A model generated the notes under the pieces. It made no database searches. It was not told where the DNA came from and saw nothing but the letters and a program-made list of their open reading frames with translations. Positions 9,267-19,800 of a stretch of DNA of 64,000 nucleotides are shown one piece after another (position 1 is the stretch's first letter; every line of letters starts with the position of its first letter). The translations under genes and the position numbers were made by a program. The DNA is from Eubacteriales bacterium (GTDB taxonomy: Bacteria; Bacillota; Clostridia; Oscillospirales; CAG-382). The DNA is taken from the NCBI GenBank assembly GCA_045531135.1, contig JAZSDL010000024.1:730-64729 (forward strand). Reading direction: 5' to 3'.

Positions 9267-9884
9267 ATGTGCGAAAGTAAGTTTTATATTTGCGAAACCT
9301 GCAAAAACCTTGTAGGAACAATAAACGAGTCGGGTGTTCCGATGATGTGCTGCGGCAAGAAGATGACCAAGCTGGAGGCAGGCACCGTCGAGGCAAGCCG
9401 CGAAAAGCATATTCCCGTTGTGACGGTGGATAATAATACAGTGACCGTAACCGTCGGCTCGGTCGAGCATCCTATGGCAGAGGAGCATAGCATCCTCTGG
9501 GTTTATCTTAAGACCGATAAGGGCGGTCAGCGTAAATGCTTGGAGGTCGGCAAGGCGCCGGTAGTCACTTTCGCGCTTTCGGACGAAACACCTCTTGCGG
9601 CTTATGCATATTGCAATCTTCACGGTCTTTGGATGACCGAGATCGAGGAGGAAAAGGTATGTCCTCTCAAGCCGCTCAATACCGAAACCAACGAGAACTA
9701 TACCGTTTGCTTTTGTAATAACGTGAGTTATTTTGATATTCTCGATGCCGTTCACAACAACAGTAATGCAGATGAACTGCTAAAAATATTCGAGTCGGTC
9801 AAGAATACCACAAAATGCTCCACCGGCTGCGGCGGTTGCTACGATAAGGTGATAAAGATCATTTCCGAAACAATGAATAAATAA
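9267..9884 (+). CDS. Desulfoferrodoxin-type superoxide reductase fused to a C-terminal BFD-like [2Fe-2S] domain
   Basis: Desulforedoxin-like CxxC..CC (YICETCKN..MMCCGKKM). SOR centre II ligands EKHIPV, HPMAEEH, YCNLHG. C-terminal VCFCNNV....CSTGCGGCYDKV shows the BFD-type Cys pattern. Confidence 0.8.
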   Translation: MCESKFYICETCKNLVGTINESGVPMMCCGKKMTKLEAGTVEASREKHIPVVTVDNNTVTVTVGSVEHPMAEEHSILWVYLKTDKGGQRKCLEVGKAPVVTFALSDETPLAAYAYCNLHGLWMTEIEEEKVCPLKPLNTETNENYTVCFCNNVSYFDILDAVHNNSNADELLKIFESVKNTTKCSTGCGGCYDKVIKIISETMNK

Positions 9885-9888
9885 AATC

Positions 9889-9916
9889 AAAAAAGCCGTT
9901 GCAGAACGGCTTTTTT
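9889..9916 (+). terminator. Intrinsic terminator after the SOR gene
   Basis: aaaaagccgtt gcag aacggctttttt: 7-bp stem plus A/T flanks and a T6 run. Confidence 0.75.
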
Positions 9917-9926
9917 GTGATATAAT
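9899..9926 (+). promoter_or_regulatory. Putative promoter with extended -10 for the SASA/GT2 pair
   Basis: TTGCAG (9899-9904), 16-nt spacer, TGaTATAAT (9918-9926). Overlaps the terminator hairpin. Confidence 0.45.
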
Positions 9927-9954
9927 ATCAAAAACGGTGTCAAGGAGTGTGTAT

Positions 9955-10956
9955 ATGAAACTAAATGCGATTTTCAATTCGAATATGGTTTTTGCGGCAG
10001 ATAAACCGATAAGAATTTACGGCGACGGCAGCGGACTTGCCGAGATCGAATTTGCCGGAATGACCAAAAAGATCTATTCCTCCGAGGATAAATGGTTGGT
10101 CGAATTTCCCGCTATGCAATACGGCGGCCCGTATGAACTAAAGGCGGTCTTTGAAACCGAAGAGGTGGTGCTTGATAATATTTATATCGGCAACGTTTAT
10201 GTTTTCGCAGGACAGTCAAATATGCAGTTCAAGCTCAAAGAATCGACAGCGCCCGACGAACTGTACGAGAGCAACGATATACTTCGCCTGTTTTCTACAG
10301 AGCGTATCGAAAAGACCGACCGCTTTACTCCCGCGGACGGCTGGGTGATAAGCAAAAGGGAAGCGGTTGGCGATTGGTCGGCGATAGCATACCTTGCCGC
10401 CAACGAGATCAGTAAGGAAAAGGATATTGCCGTAGGTGTCATTTCGGCGTATCAGGGCGCATCGGTCATCGAAAGCTGGCTGCCTAAGGGCACCTGTCAA
10501 AAGCTCGGCTTGGAGCTTCCGATAGAGTCAAAGCATTACGATCACACCTATCCCGATTTTCTCGCCTGGAACGGCGAGGAGGGAATATTGTTCGACTACG
10601 CGCTTTCGCAGATCATTCCGTTTTCTGTATCGGGAGTAGTCTGGTATCAGGGCGAGAGCGATACCTCTGCGGCAGAGGCGGCGATATATGATAAAGAGCT
10701 TGCCGCGCTTGTTTATACGCTTCGTGATTACTTTGATGACGATGAGTTGCCCTTTGTCGTTATCCAGATAGCCGATTTCGATACCCGTAACGATGAAGAA
10801 TGGAAATTGCTCCAAAAGAAACAGCTTGAGATTCAGGATATTGTCGAAAATGTGTTCACCGTAATATCAAGCGATGTTTGCGAAAGGGATAATATCCATC
10901 CACCTACAAAGCACAAGCTTGCTCATAAGGTCGCAAGCAAACTTATCGAGATATGA
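9955..10956 (+). CDS. Sialate O-acetylesterase-family (SASA / SGNH-like) carbohydrate esterase
   Basis: GQSNMQF and VVWYQGESD motifs. ATG 9955 follows AGGAG; the listed ORF start 9937 is upstream of the SD. Confidence 0.8.
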   Translation: MKLNAIFNSNMVFAADKPIRIYGDGSGLAEIEFAGMTKKIYSSEDKWLVEFPAMQYGGPYELKAVFETEEVVLDNIYIGNVYVFAGQSNMQFKLKESTAPDELYESNDILRLFSTERIEKTDRFTPADGWVISKREAVGDWSAIAYLAANEISKEKDIAVGVISAYQGASVIESWLPKGTCQKLGLELPIESKHYDHTYPDFLAWNGEEGILFDYALSQIIPFSVSGVVWYQGESDTSAAEAAIYDKELAALVYTLRDYFDDDELPFVVIQIADFDTRNDEEWKLLQKKQLEIQDIVENVFTVISSDVCERDNIHPPTKHKLAHKVASKLIEI

Positions 10957-11852
10957 GAGATCTGTTTTTTAAAATAAACAATAAAATAGTCAACAGCGTA
11001 TTCGGAAAGCCGTATTCGGCACTTGTGCGCGGCTTTGTCGGAATCGAATATGCGTTTATGAGGATCAAGTGGTATCTTCAGGGCGGTAAAATGCCCAACA
11101 GCGAGGATGCTGCTCTCGTGCGTGAAAACGTGACCTTTGTGTTCAAATCGTTCGAGCGAAAAAGATCGGCAAAGCGCCTGTACAAAAATATCTGCAAATA
11201 CTATCCCGATGTTCGTGTTATAATAGCCGATGACAGCAAAATACCGCTTGAACTGAACGGTGATAATTTGGATCTTGTTCATCTCCCGTTTAACAGCGGC
11301 TTGAGCGCGGGGCTTAATAAGGCGCTTGAGAGGGTAAGCACACCGTATGTCATCCGTTTGGATGACGATGAGGTGCTAACACCCTTTTCGCGCTTTCACG
11401 AGCAATTGCGGTTCTTGATGTCGCATCCCGATATCGATCTCGTTGCGATTTCGTACGTTACGACACCTCGGTGCAGAGGTCATAAGCACGTTTCAAAGCA
11501 GTATTATTCTCAATCTATGGATATTGCGCCAAAGCCCTTGAAAATACCGCATCTGACAAAAATCGATCCCGAGCATATTGTTGTGGGAAAGCCGCCCAAT
11601 ATATTTATCGCGCGCACCGAATCGATAAAAGCTGTCGGATATGACGATAATATTCGCGTTCTCGACCATAACGAGTTTTTCTTCCGCGCGGCAGGGAATA
11701 TAGTATCGTGCTTTGCGCCGGATTCCTTTGTTTTCCATATCCACGATGTAACCGACAAAAATTATCTCTCCTACCGCTCGGATTACCGCGCAGATCAGGA
11801 GTATATAAAAGCAAAGATGACGTTACTTTTAAAGGATAAAAATAAAGCGTAA
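10953..11852 (+). CDS. Family 2 glycosyltransferase
   Basis: IIADDS and IRLDDDE (DxD) motifs. ATGA start/stop overlap with the esterase gene. Confidence 0.75.
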   Translation: MRDLFFKINNKIVNSVFGKPYSALVRGFVGIEYAFMRIKWYLQGGKMPNSEDAALVRENVTFVFKSFERKRSAKRLYKNICKYYPDVRVIIADDSKIPLELNGDNLDLVHLPFNSGLSAGLNKALERVSTPYVIRLDDDEVLTPFSRFHEQLRFLMSHPDIDLVAISYVTTPRCRGHKHVSKQYYSQSMDIAPKPLKIPHLTKIDPEHIVVGKPPNIFIARTESIKAVGYDDNIRVLDHNEFFFRAAGNIVSCFAPDSFVFHIHDVTDKNYLSYRSDYRADQEYIKAKMTLLLKDKNKA

Positions 11853-11920
11853 AACAGCGTTTTGTGCAAAACATCCACAAAAGGTTTTTAAACGGGTTTT
11901 GTATATATAATAAATCACAC

Positions 11921-11949
11921 TTGATTTTGTGGGATTTATAGTGTATTAT
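11921..11949 (+). promoter_or_regulatory. Putative pckA promoter
   Basis: TTGATT, 17-nt spacer, TATTAT. Confidence 0.4.
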
Positions 11950-12015
11950 TAAGATGTTAAAATTTGAGCACGGATGACCGCGCTTGCAAAAATTAAGAAA
12001 AGAGGTTGCAACCAC

Positions 12016-13620
12016 ATGGCAGAACTCAATTTGACCAAATACGGTATTGTAGGCACTACCGAGATCGTTCACAATCCTTCCTACGACGAGCTTTTTGCAG
12101 AAGAAATCAAGCCCGAGCTCGAGGGTTATGAAAAGGGTCAGGTCAGCGAACTTGGCGCAGTAAACGTAATGACCGGTATCTACACCGGCCGTTCCCCCAA
12201 AGATAAGTTCATCGTTATGGATGAGAACTCCAAGGACACAGTTTGGTGGACCTCCGATGAATATAAGAACGACAACCATCCCGCTTCCATCGAGACCTGG
12301 AACGTTTTGAAGGACCTTGCAGTTAAGGAACTTTCCAACAAGAAGCTCTTTGTTGTCGATGCATTCTGCGGCGCTAACGTTGATACCCGTATGTCCGTAC
12401 GTTTCATCGTTGAGGTTGCATGGCAGGCGCACTTCATCAAGAATATGTTTATCGTTCCCAACGAGGAAGAACTTGCTAACTTCGAGCCCGACTTCGTTGT
12501 ATACAACGCTTCCAAGGCAAAGGTTGAAAACTATAAGGAGCTCGGCCTCAACTCCGAGACTGCAGTTGTCTTCAATATCACCTCTCGTGAGCAGGTTATC
12601 CTTAACACCTGGTACGGCGGCGAGATGAAAAAGGGTATGTTCTCCATGATGAACTACTACCTCCCCTTGAAGGGCATCGCTTCCATGCACTGCTCCGCAA
12701 ACACCGATATGAACGGCGAAAACACCGCTCTCTTCTTCGGTCTCTCGGGCACCGGTAAGACCACCCTTTCCACCGATCCCAAGCGTCTCCTCATCGGCGA
12801 TGACGAGCACGGCTGGGATGATAACGGCGTATTCAACTTTGAGGGCGGCTGCTATGCAAAGGTTATCAATCTTGATAAGGATTCCGAGCCCGATATCTAC
12901 AACGCTATCAAGAGAAACGCACTTCTCGAGAACGTAACCCTCGATGAAAACGGCAAGATCGATTTCAACGATAAGAGCGTTACCGAGAACACCCGTGTTT
13001 CCTATCCTATCGATCACATCCAGAACATCGTTCGTCCCGTTTCCGCTGCTCCCGCGGCTAAGAACGTTATCTTCCTTTCCGCTGATGCATTCGGCGTACT
13101 TCCTCCTGTTTCGATCCTCACTCCCGAGCAGGCACAGTACTACTTCCTTTCCGGCTTTACCGCAAAGCTCGCAGGTACCGAGCGCGGCATCAAGGAGCCC
13201 ACTCCCACCTTCTCCGCTTGCTTCGGTCAGGCGTTCCTCGAACTCCACCCCACCAAGTATGCAGAGGAGCTTGTTAAGAAGATGGAAGTCAGCGGTGCAA
13301 AGGCATACCTCGTAAACACCGGCTGGAACGGAACCGGCAAGCGTATCTCCATTAAGGACACCCGCGGTATCATCGACGGCATCCTCAGCGGCGATATCCT
13401 CAACGCTCCTACCAAGAAGATTCCTTACTTTGATTTCGAGGTTCCCACCGAGCTCACCGGCGTTGATTCCGGCATCCTCGATCCCAGAGATACCTATGCA
13501 GATGCTGCTGAGTGGGAAGAAAAGGCAAAGGATCTCGCATCCCGCTTCATTAACAACTTTGTTAAGTACACCGGCAACGATGCAGGTAAGGCACTTGTCG
13601 AAGCAGGTCCCAAGCTTTAA
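12016..13620 (+). CDS. pckA: Phosphoenolpyruvate carboxykinase (ATP)
   Basis: 534 aa from ATG 12016 ([10 protein letters not shown]). Kinase-1a [11 protein letters not shown], plus IGDDEHGW and [11 protein letters not shown] blocks. The listed start 11974 lacks an SD. Confidence 0.95.
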   Translation: MAELNLTKYGIVGTTEIVHNPSYDELFAEEIKPELEGYEKGQVSELGAVNVMTGIYTGRSPKDKFIVMDENSKDTVWWTSDEYKNDNHPASIETWNVLKDLAVKELSNKKLFVVDAFCGANVDTRMSVRFIVEVAWQAHFIKNMFIVPNEEELANFEPDFVVYNASKAKVENYKELGLNSETAVVFNITSREQVILNTWYGGEMKKGMFSMMNYYLPLKGIASMHCSANTDMNGENTALFFGLSGTGKTTLSTDPKRLLIGDDEHGWDDNGVFNFEGGCYAKVINLDKDSEPDIYNAIKRNALLENVTLDENGKIDFNDKSVTENTRVSYPIDHIQNIVRPVSAAPAAKNVIFLSADAFGVLPPVSILTPEQAQYYFLSGFTAKLAGTERGIKEPTPTFSACFGQAFLELHPTKYAEELVKKMEVSGAKAYLVNTGWNGTGKRISIKDTRGIIDGILSGDILNAPTKKIPYFDFEVPTELTGVDSGILDPRDTYADAAEWEEKAKDLASRFINNFVKYTGNDAGKALVEAGPKL

Positions 13621-13676
13621 TCAAAATATCGTATAACAGCGAAGAACACATAAAATAAATTTTATGTTATAAAAAA

Positions 13677-13722
13677 CAGCACCCTCGAGGTAGATTTCTG
13701 CATCGTCGGGTGCTGGTTTTTT
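13677..13722 (+). terminator. Intrinsic terminator after pckA
   Basis: cagcaccc ... gggtgctg stem followed by gtttttta. Confidence 0.6.
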
Positions 13723-13776
13723 ATTCTGCATCTTTTTGGGTTGTTTCGGTTCAAAAAACATTGTAGGCACTCCCTC

Positions 13777-13805
13777 TTGATTAAATAGTCGGAATATGCT
13801 ATAAT
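13777..13805 (+). promoter_or_regulatory. Sigma-A type promoter
   Basis: TTGATT (13777-13782), exactly 17 nt, TATAAT (13800-13805). Confidence 0.55.
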
Positions 13806-13836
13806 ATTATAAACAAAACACCGAAAGGTAAAATCT

Positions 13837-14010
13837 ATGATACCAAAGGATTATATTATAACAAAGATCGAGGGCGAATATGCCTATCTCCGAGAACTCG
13901 ATTCGCCAAATTCCGAAGAGATTTTTATCGCACTTGCGCTTTTGCCGTTAGGCGTTGATGTAGGCACGAAGCTGCATTACGAAATGCTTGAATATAGCAT
14001 AATAGGGTAA
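13837..14010 (+). CDS. Small 57-aa protein, DUF3006-like (below the ORF-track length cutoff)
   Basis: My translation: MIPKDYIITKIEGEYAYLRELDSPNSEEIFIALALLPLGVDVGTKLHYEMLEYSIIG. AAAGG SD 8 nt upstream. The pattern I..IEG.YA.L......LP....G..L resembles DUF3006. Confidence 0.55.
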   Translation: MIPKDYIITKIEGEYAYLRELDSPNSEEIFIALALLPLGVDVGTKLHYEMLEYSIIG

Positions 14011-14014
14011 CGTT

Positions 14015-14422
14015 ATGGATAAAAAATCTGTCTTTCAGGCAATAAAATTCGCACTGTTTTCGGCATCTGCGGGTATAATACAGCTTGCCTCCTGCACTTT
14101 GTTTTTAGAGGGCTTTAAATGGGAGTATTGGCTGTCTTATCTGCTTTCGCTTGTACTTTCGATTTTGTGGAACTTTACGTTCAACCGCAAATTTACGTTT
14201 AAATCCTCGTCGAATATCCCCGTCGCCATGGCAAAGGTGTTCGGCTATTACCTTGTGTTCACGCCGCTTTCTACTTGGCTGGGACATATGGCGGAAAGCT
14301 CGGGTGTGAACGAGTATATAGTCCTTGGAGTAACAATGCTCGCCAACCTTATTACCGAGTTTCTTTTCTGTAAATTTGTTGTTTACCGTAAAGAAGAACT
14401 TGCAAATAAGAATAAACCGTGA
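14015..14422 (+). CDS. GtrA-family membrane protein
   Basis: 135 aa, four hydrophobic segments, NFTFNRKFTF motif. Confidence 0.8.
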   Translation: MDKKSVFQAIKFALFSASAGIIQLASCTLFLEGFKWEYWLSYLLSLVLSILWNFTFNRKFTFKSSSNIPVAMAKVFGYYLVFTPLSTWLGHMAESSGVNEYIVLGVTMLANLITEFLFCKFVVYRKEELANKNKP

Positions 14423-14467
14423 TATCATACGGTTGATAAAATTATAGTTGAAAACGGAGTTGTAAAT

Positions 14468-15454
14468 ATGAGTATTCGCATCGGTATTTACGGTTACGGC
14501 AACCTCGGCAGAGGTGTGGAATCGGCAATACGTCAAAATAAAGATATGGAGCTTGTCGCGGTGTTTACCCGCCGCGATCCGAGCACGGTAAAAATCGCAA
14601 CCGAGGGCGTTGCGGTCTGTCATACCGATAAGGCGGTCGAAATGGTCAACGATATCGACGTTATGATACTTTGCGGAGGCAGTGCTACCGATCTGCCCAA
14701 GCAGACTCCCGAGCTTGCTAAGTACTTTAACGTTGTCGATAGCTTTGATACCCATGCCCGTATACCCGAGCATTTTGCAAACGTCGATTCTGTTGCGTCT
14801 GCATCGGGCAAGGTGGCTATGATCTCTGTCGGCTGGGACCCCGGTATGTTCTCGCTCAACCGTATGTATGCATCAGCTATTCTCCCCGAGGGTAAGGATT
14901 ATACCTTCTGGGGCAAGGGTGTCTCGCAGGGACATTCCGATGCTATCCGCAGGGTAGAGGGCGTGCTCGACGGCAAGCAGTATACCATTCCCGTCGATGC
15001 CGCGCTTGATGCGGTACGGAGCGGCTCTAATCCCGAGCTGACAACAAGACAAAAGCATATAAGAGAGTGCTTTGTCGTTGCGGAGGAGGGTGCTGACCTT
15101 GCCCGTATAGAAAATGAAATAAAGACAATGCCCAACTATTTTGCGGATTACGATACCGTTGTGCATTTTATCACAAAAGAGGAGCTTGCGCGTGACCATA
15201 GCGGTATACCTCACGGCGGCTTTGTGATAAGAAGCGGCAAGACGGGATTAAATTCCGAGCATAACCATATTATCGAGTACAGCATCAAGCTCGATTCCAA
15301 TCCCGAGTTCACCGCATCGGTCATCGTCGCCTATGCCCGCGCGGCGTACAGACTTAATAAAGAGGGAAGTAGGGGATGTAAGACCGTATTTGATGTTCCG
15401 CCCGCGTATTTAAGTATCAAATCTCCCGAAGAACTCCGCAAGGAAATGCTGTAA
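14468..15454 (+). CDS. ddh: meso-Diaminopimelate D-dehydrogenase
   Basis: IGIYGYGNLGRGVE Rossmann start plus GWDPGMFS, GVSQGHSDA and PHGGFV blocks, as I recall them in Corynebacterium Ddh. Confidence 0.9.
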   Translation: MSIRIGIYGYGNLGRGVESAIRQNKDMELVAVFTRRDPSTVKIATEGVAVCHTDKAVEMVNDIDVMILCGGSATDLPKQTPELAKYFNVVDSFDTHARIPEHFANVDSVASASGKVAMISVGWDPGMFSLNRMYASAILPEGKDYTFWGKGVSQGHSDAIRRVEGVLDGKQYTIPVDAALDAVRSGSNPELTTRQKHIRECFVVAEEGADLARIENEIKTMPNYFADYDTVVHFITKEELARDHSGIPHGGFVIRSGKTGLNSEHNHIIEYSIKLDSNPEFTASVIVAYARAAYRLNKEGSRGCKTVFDVPPAYLSIKSPEELRKEML

Positions 15455-15469
15455 TTTCTACTTTTTGTT

Positions 15470-15514
15470 ATGACATTTCGAACAAAGGTTTTTTGCTTTT
15501 GTTTGAAATGTCAT
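15470..15514 (+). terminator. 17-bp inverted repeat after ddh, abutting the pyr promoter (terminator and/or operator)
   Basis: atgacatttcgaacaaa (15470-15486) and tttgtttgaaatgtcat (15498-15514) pair with one G-T wobble. The T-rich tract lies in the loop, not after the stem. Confidence 0.45.
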
Positions 15515-15515
15515 A

Positions 15516-15544
15516 TTGACAATCAAGGCGTGCTGTGATATAAT
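15516..15544 (+). promoter_or_regulatory. Consensus sigma-A promoter of the pyr operon
   Basis: TTGACA (15516-15521), 17 nt, TATAAT (15539-15544). Confidence 0.65.
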
Positions 15545-15606
15545 TTTATGAAATAAATCCGAAGCGCATTTTGCGATGCATAGGATGTGTAAAAAAGAGG
15601 TACTCT

Positions 15607-16893
15607 ATGTCCGCATTGGCTAAGCACAAGTTTATAACTTCTGCAGAGAATCCCGATTTCGTACGTAAAGCCGAGGGTGTTTTTTCCTCTTTTTCGGAAT
15701 TGCTTTCCAATTCAAAAGAATATGTTATTTTTCCCGGTTTTTGCGACGTGCATGTGCATTTTCGTGAACCGGGTTTTTCTTATAAAGAAACGATTTACGA
15801 CGGCTGCTGTGCCGCGGCGCGCGGCGGCTATACGGCAGTCTGCACGATGCCCAATCTTAACCCCGTGCCCGATAGCGCAGAGCATTTGAAAATGCAGACC
15901 GATATTATCGAGAACGAAGCGATAATCAACGTTTATCCTTATGCATCGATAACGGTTAACGAGGCAGGCAACGAGCTTTCGGATATGGAGGGTATGCGCG
16001 ACAGTGCGATTGCCTACTCCGACGATGGCAGAGGTGTGCAATCCGACGATATAATGCGCGAGGCGATGAAAAGGGCAAAGTCGCTCGATAAGATCATCGT
16101 CGCACATTGCGAGGTGAATTCGCTTTTAAAAGGCGGATATATCCACGACGGCGAGTATGCAAAAAAGCATAATCACAAGGGCATCTGCTCTGCAAGTGAA
16201 TACGAGCAGATCGCAAGAGATATAGAGCTTGTTAAGGAGATCGGGTGTAAATATCACGTCTGCCATATTTCCACAAAAGAGAGTGTGGCTCTTATCCGTC
16301 AGGCAAAAAAGGACGGAGTTGATATAACCTGCGAAACAGGACCTCATTATCTGGTGCTCGATGACAGCGATCTTCAGGAGCACGGTCGGTTTAAAATGAA
16401 TCCGCCGCTTCGCTCGAAAGAGGACAGGGAAGCACTGGTAGAGGGTATTCTTGACGGCACTATAGATATGATAGCCACCGACCACGCGCCTCACTCCGAG
16501 GAGGAAAAATCCAAAGGGCTGGAAAAGAGCGCGTTTGGTATCGTCGGACTCGAAACTGCGTTGCCGGTGCTCTACACAAAGCTTGTAAAAACAGGCGTGC
16601 TTACGTTGGAAAAGCTTGTTGATCTGCTTTGTGTGAATCCGCGAAAGCGTTTCGGCATCCCGCTGGGCGAGGATATTTCGGTCTGGGATCTCAACGAGGA
16701 ATACGAGGTAGATACCTCGGAGTTCCTGTCACTCGGAAAAGCAACCCCGTTCGAGGGCGAAATGCTGTTCGGCAGATGCGCGCTTACCGTTGTAAACGGA
16801 AACGCGGTCTACGGCTACGATATACCTTGTATTAATAAAGAAGAATTTGATAGGGATAATCAGGAGGAATTGGAAAATGGCAAAGCGTACTGA
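15607..16893 (+). CDS. pyrC: Dihydroorotase
   Basis: DVHVHFREPG metal-binding motif and ATDHAPH. ATG 15607 is 6 nt after AGAGG. Confidence 0.9.
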   Translation: MSALAKHKFITSAENPDFVRKAEGVFSSFSELLSNSKEYVIFPGFCDVHVHFREPGFSYKETIYDGCCAAARGGYTAVCTMPNLNPVPDSAEHLKMQTDIIENEAIINVYPYASITVNEAGNELSDMEGMRDSAIAYSDDGRGVQSDDIMREAMKRAKSLDKIIVAHCEVNSLLKGGYIHDGEYAKKHNHKGICSASEYEQIARDIELVKEIGCKYHVCHISTKESVALIRQAKKDGVDITCETGPHYLVLDDSDLQEHGRFKMNPPLRSKEDREALVEGILDGTIDMIATDHAPHSEEEKSKGLEKSAFGIVGLETALPVLYTKLVKTGVLTLEKLVDLLCVNPRKRFGIPLGEDISVWDLNEEYEVDTSEFLSLGKATPFEGEMLFGRCALTVVNGNAVYGYDIPCINKEEFDRDNQEELENGKAY

Positions 16894-19800
16894 TATTAAA
16901 AAGATACTTATAATCGGCTCGGGCCCGATAGTTATCGGTCAGGCAGCGGAGTTTGACTATGCGGGCACACAGGCGTGCCTCGCACTTAAGGAGGAGGGCT
17001 ACGAGGTGGTTCTCTGTAACTCTAACCCCGCCACCATTATGACCGACACCACTATAGCAGATAAGGTCTATATGGAGCCCCTTACTCTCGAGTATATCGC
17101 AAAGATCCTGCGTTATGAACGCCCTGATGCCATTCTTCCCGGCATAGGCGGTCAGACAGGTCTTAACCTCGCTATGCAGCTTGAGAAAAAGGGTGTTCTG
17201 CGCGAGTGCGATGTTGAGCTTCTCGGCACCAGCAGCGAGAGCATCGAAAGAGCCGAGGACAGAGAAATGTTCAAGGAGCTCTGCCAGTCAATAGGCGAGC
17301 CCACCATCCCCTCCGAGATCACGTACAGCATCGAGGAGGCAAAGAAGGCGGCGGCAGAGATCGGTTATCCCGTTGTTCTCCGTCCTGCATTTACCTTGGG
17401 CGGCACCGGCGGCGGATTTGCCTATAACGAGGAGGAACTTGTCGAGATAGGTCTTAATGCATTTAAGCTTTCTCCTGTTCATCAGGTTCTTATCGAAAAG
17501 AGCGTTAAGGGCTATAAGGAGATCGAGTTTGAGGTCATGCGTGACTCGAATGACCACGCTATCACCATCTGCGGTATGGAAAACGTTGATCCCGTCGGCG
17601 TTCACACCGGCGACTCTGTCGTTGTTGCACCTATTATGACACTTAACGATCACGATCTTAAGATGCTTAACGACAGCGCGATCAAGATCATCCGCGAGCT
17701 CAAGATAGAGGGCGGCTGTAACGTACAGTTTGCGCTTGATCCCAACTCCAGCCAGTACTATCTTATCGAGGTCAATCCCCGCGTTTCGCGTTCGTCGGCA
17801 CTTGCATCCAAGGCAAGCGGCTATCCTATTGCCCGCGTAACCGCTAAGATAGCGGTGGGTATGGCACTTGAGGATATTGCTATCGCAAATACCAATGCGG
17901 CTTTCGAACCGCAGCTTGATTATATAATCGCAAAGCTCCCCAGATTCCCGTTTGATAAATTTGCTACCGCGCCCAACACCTTGGGCACTCAGATGAAGGC
18001 AACCGGCGAGATCATGAGCATCGGCTCCAATCTCGAGGAATGTCTGCTCAAGGCGGTCCGCTCGCTCGAGACAGGCGCCGACCATTATCAGATAGCAAAA
18101 TTCGATAATATGTCTACCGAGGATATGCTTGATTATATCCGCGAGTTCAGAGATGATAATATTTTTGCGATCTGTGAGCTTATCCGCAGAGGCACTACCA
18201 TCGAGCAGCTGTTTGAGATCACCAAGATCACCCGCTACTTCCTCTATGCGTTTGAAAATATCGTAAAGACCGAGGAAAAGCTCAAATCGAACGTAGGCAA
18301 TCTCGAGGTATTGAAAGAGGCCAAAAAGCTCGGATTCTGCGATAAGATCATCGCAAAATATTGGAATATGACCGAACTTGACGTTTTCGGAATCAGAAAA
18401 GAAAATAAGATGTTCCCGGTCTACCGCATGGTCGATACCTGCCATACCGGTGCATATATTCCTTATTTCTACTCGTCTTATACGGGCGAGAATGCATCTG
18501 TTGTAACCGATAAAAAGAAGATCGTCGTTCTCGGTGCAGGTCCTATCCGTATCGGTCAGGGTGTCGAGTTTGACTATTCTACCGTTCACGCGGTAACAAC
18601 CATTAAAAAGTCGGGCTACGAGGCGATCATTGTCAATAATAACCCCGAAACCGTTTCTACCGACTATACTACTGCCGATAAGCTCTATTTTGAGCCCCTC
18701 ACTCCCGAGGATGTAATGAATATAATCGAGCTTGAGAAGCCCATCGGCGTAATCGCATCCTTGGGCGGTCAGACCGCGATAAATCTCGCAGAGCCGCTTA
18801 TGAGACGCGGTGTTAAGATCATCGGCACCGATTGCGAGGCGATAGACAGAGCCGAAAACCGCGATTCCTTCGAGAGCTTGCTCAGCTCGCTCGGTATTCC
18901 TCAGCCCAAGGGTAAGGCGGTCACTAATATCGAGGCAGGCGTTGCCGCGGCAAACGATATCGGATATCCCGTTCTTGTCCGTCCGAGCTTTGTTCTCGGC
19001 GGCAGAGCGATGCAGATAGTTGCCAACGAGGCACAGCTTCGCCGCTACCTCCGCACCGCCGTTGAGATCGATGTGGACAAGCCCGTTCTTGTCGATAAAT
19101 ATATCGAGGGCAAGGAGGTCGAGGTCGATGCGATCTGCGACGGCAGAGATGTGTTTGTTCCCGGTATAATGGAGCTTGTTGAGCGCACAGGCGTTCACAG
19201 CGGTGACTCTACGAGTGTGTACCCGACCTTCAGTATCTCCGATAAGGTAAAGGGCATCATTCTTCAGTATGCCAAAAAGCTCGGTCTCGGCGTAGGCATT
19301 ATCGGCTTGTTCAATATCCAGTTTATCGTCGATAAGGAAGATAATGTGTTTATCATCGAGGTCAACCCCCGTTCCTCGCGTACCGTACCCTTCCTTTCCA
19401 AAGCAACCGGCTACAGTCTTGCCGATATCGCTACCGAGGTCATACTCGGAAAGAGCTTAAAGGAGCAGGGAATATTCGATATCTATCCCGACGAAAAGAA
19501 GCGTTGGTATGTAAAGGTTCCCGTGTTCTCGTTCAATAAAATTCGCGGACTTGATGCATACCTTTCTCCCGAAATGAAGTCCACCGGCGAGGCAATCGGC
19601 TACGACGATAAGCTTAACCGCGCGCTTTATAAGGCACTTCAGGCATCGGGTATGCATTTGCAGAACTACGGTACCGTGTTTGTAACGGTTGCGGATAAGG
19701 ATAAGGATGAGGCGCTTCCTCTCATACGCCGCTTCTATAACCTCGGCTTTAATATCGAGGCAACCGAGGGCACTGCCAGGTTCTTAAAGAGTAACGGTAT

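Noticed and set aside
8955-9755. 266-aa minus-strand ORF spanning trxA and the SOR gene
   Set aside because: It overlaps two well-supported plus-strand genes and their intergenic terminator and promoter signals. No motifs are present.
11605-13248. 547-aa minus-strand ORF antisense to pckA
   Set aside because: It lies entirely inside the confidently identified pckA gene. The translation is low-complexity (Gly/Val/Leu/Glu rich) with no recognisable motif, SD or promoter. This is a typical mirror-frame artefact of a codon-biased gene.
15545-15606. Searched the pyr leader for a PyrR binding loop/attenuator, and the pur leader for a guanine riboswitch
   Set aside because: No matching conserved loops or terminator/antiterminator alternatives were seen in the 62-nt pyr leader. 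The pur leader is instead explained by the ZTP motif.
17288-19198. 636-aa minus-strand ORF antisense to carB
   Set aside because: Same reasoning: it is embedded in carB, has no motifs and no start signals, and its composition is the complement of carB codon bias.
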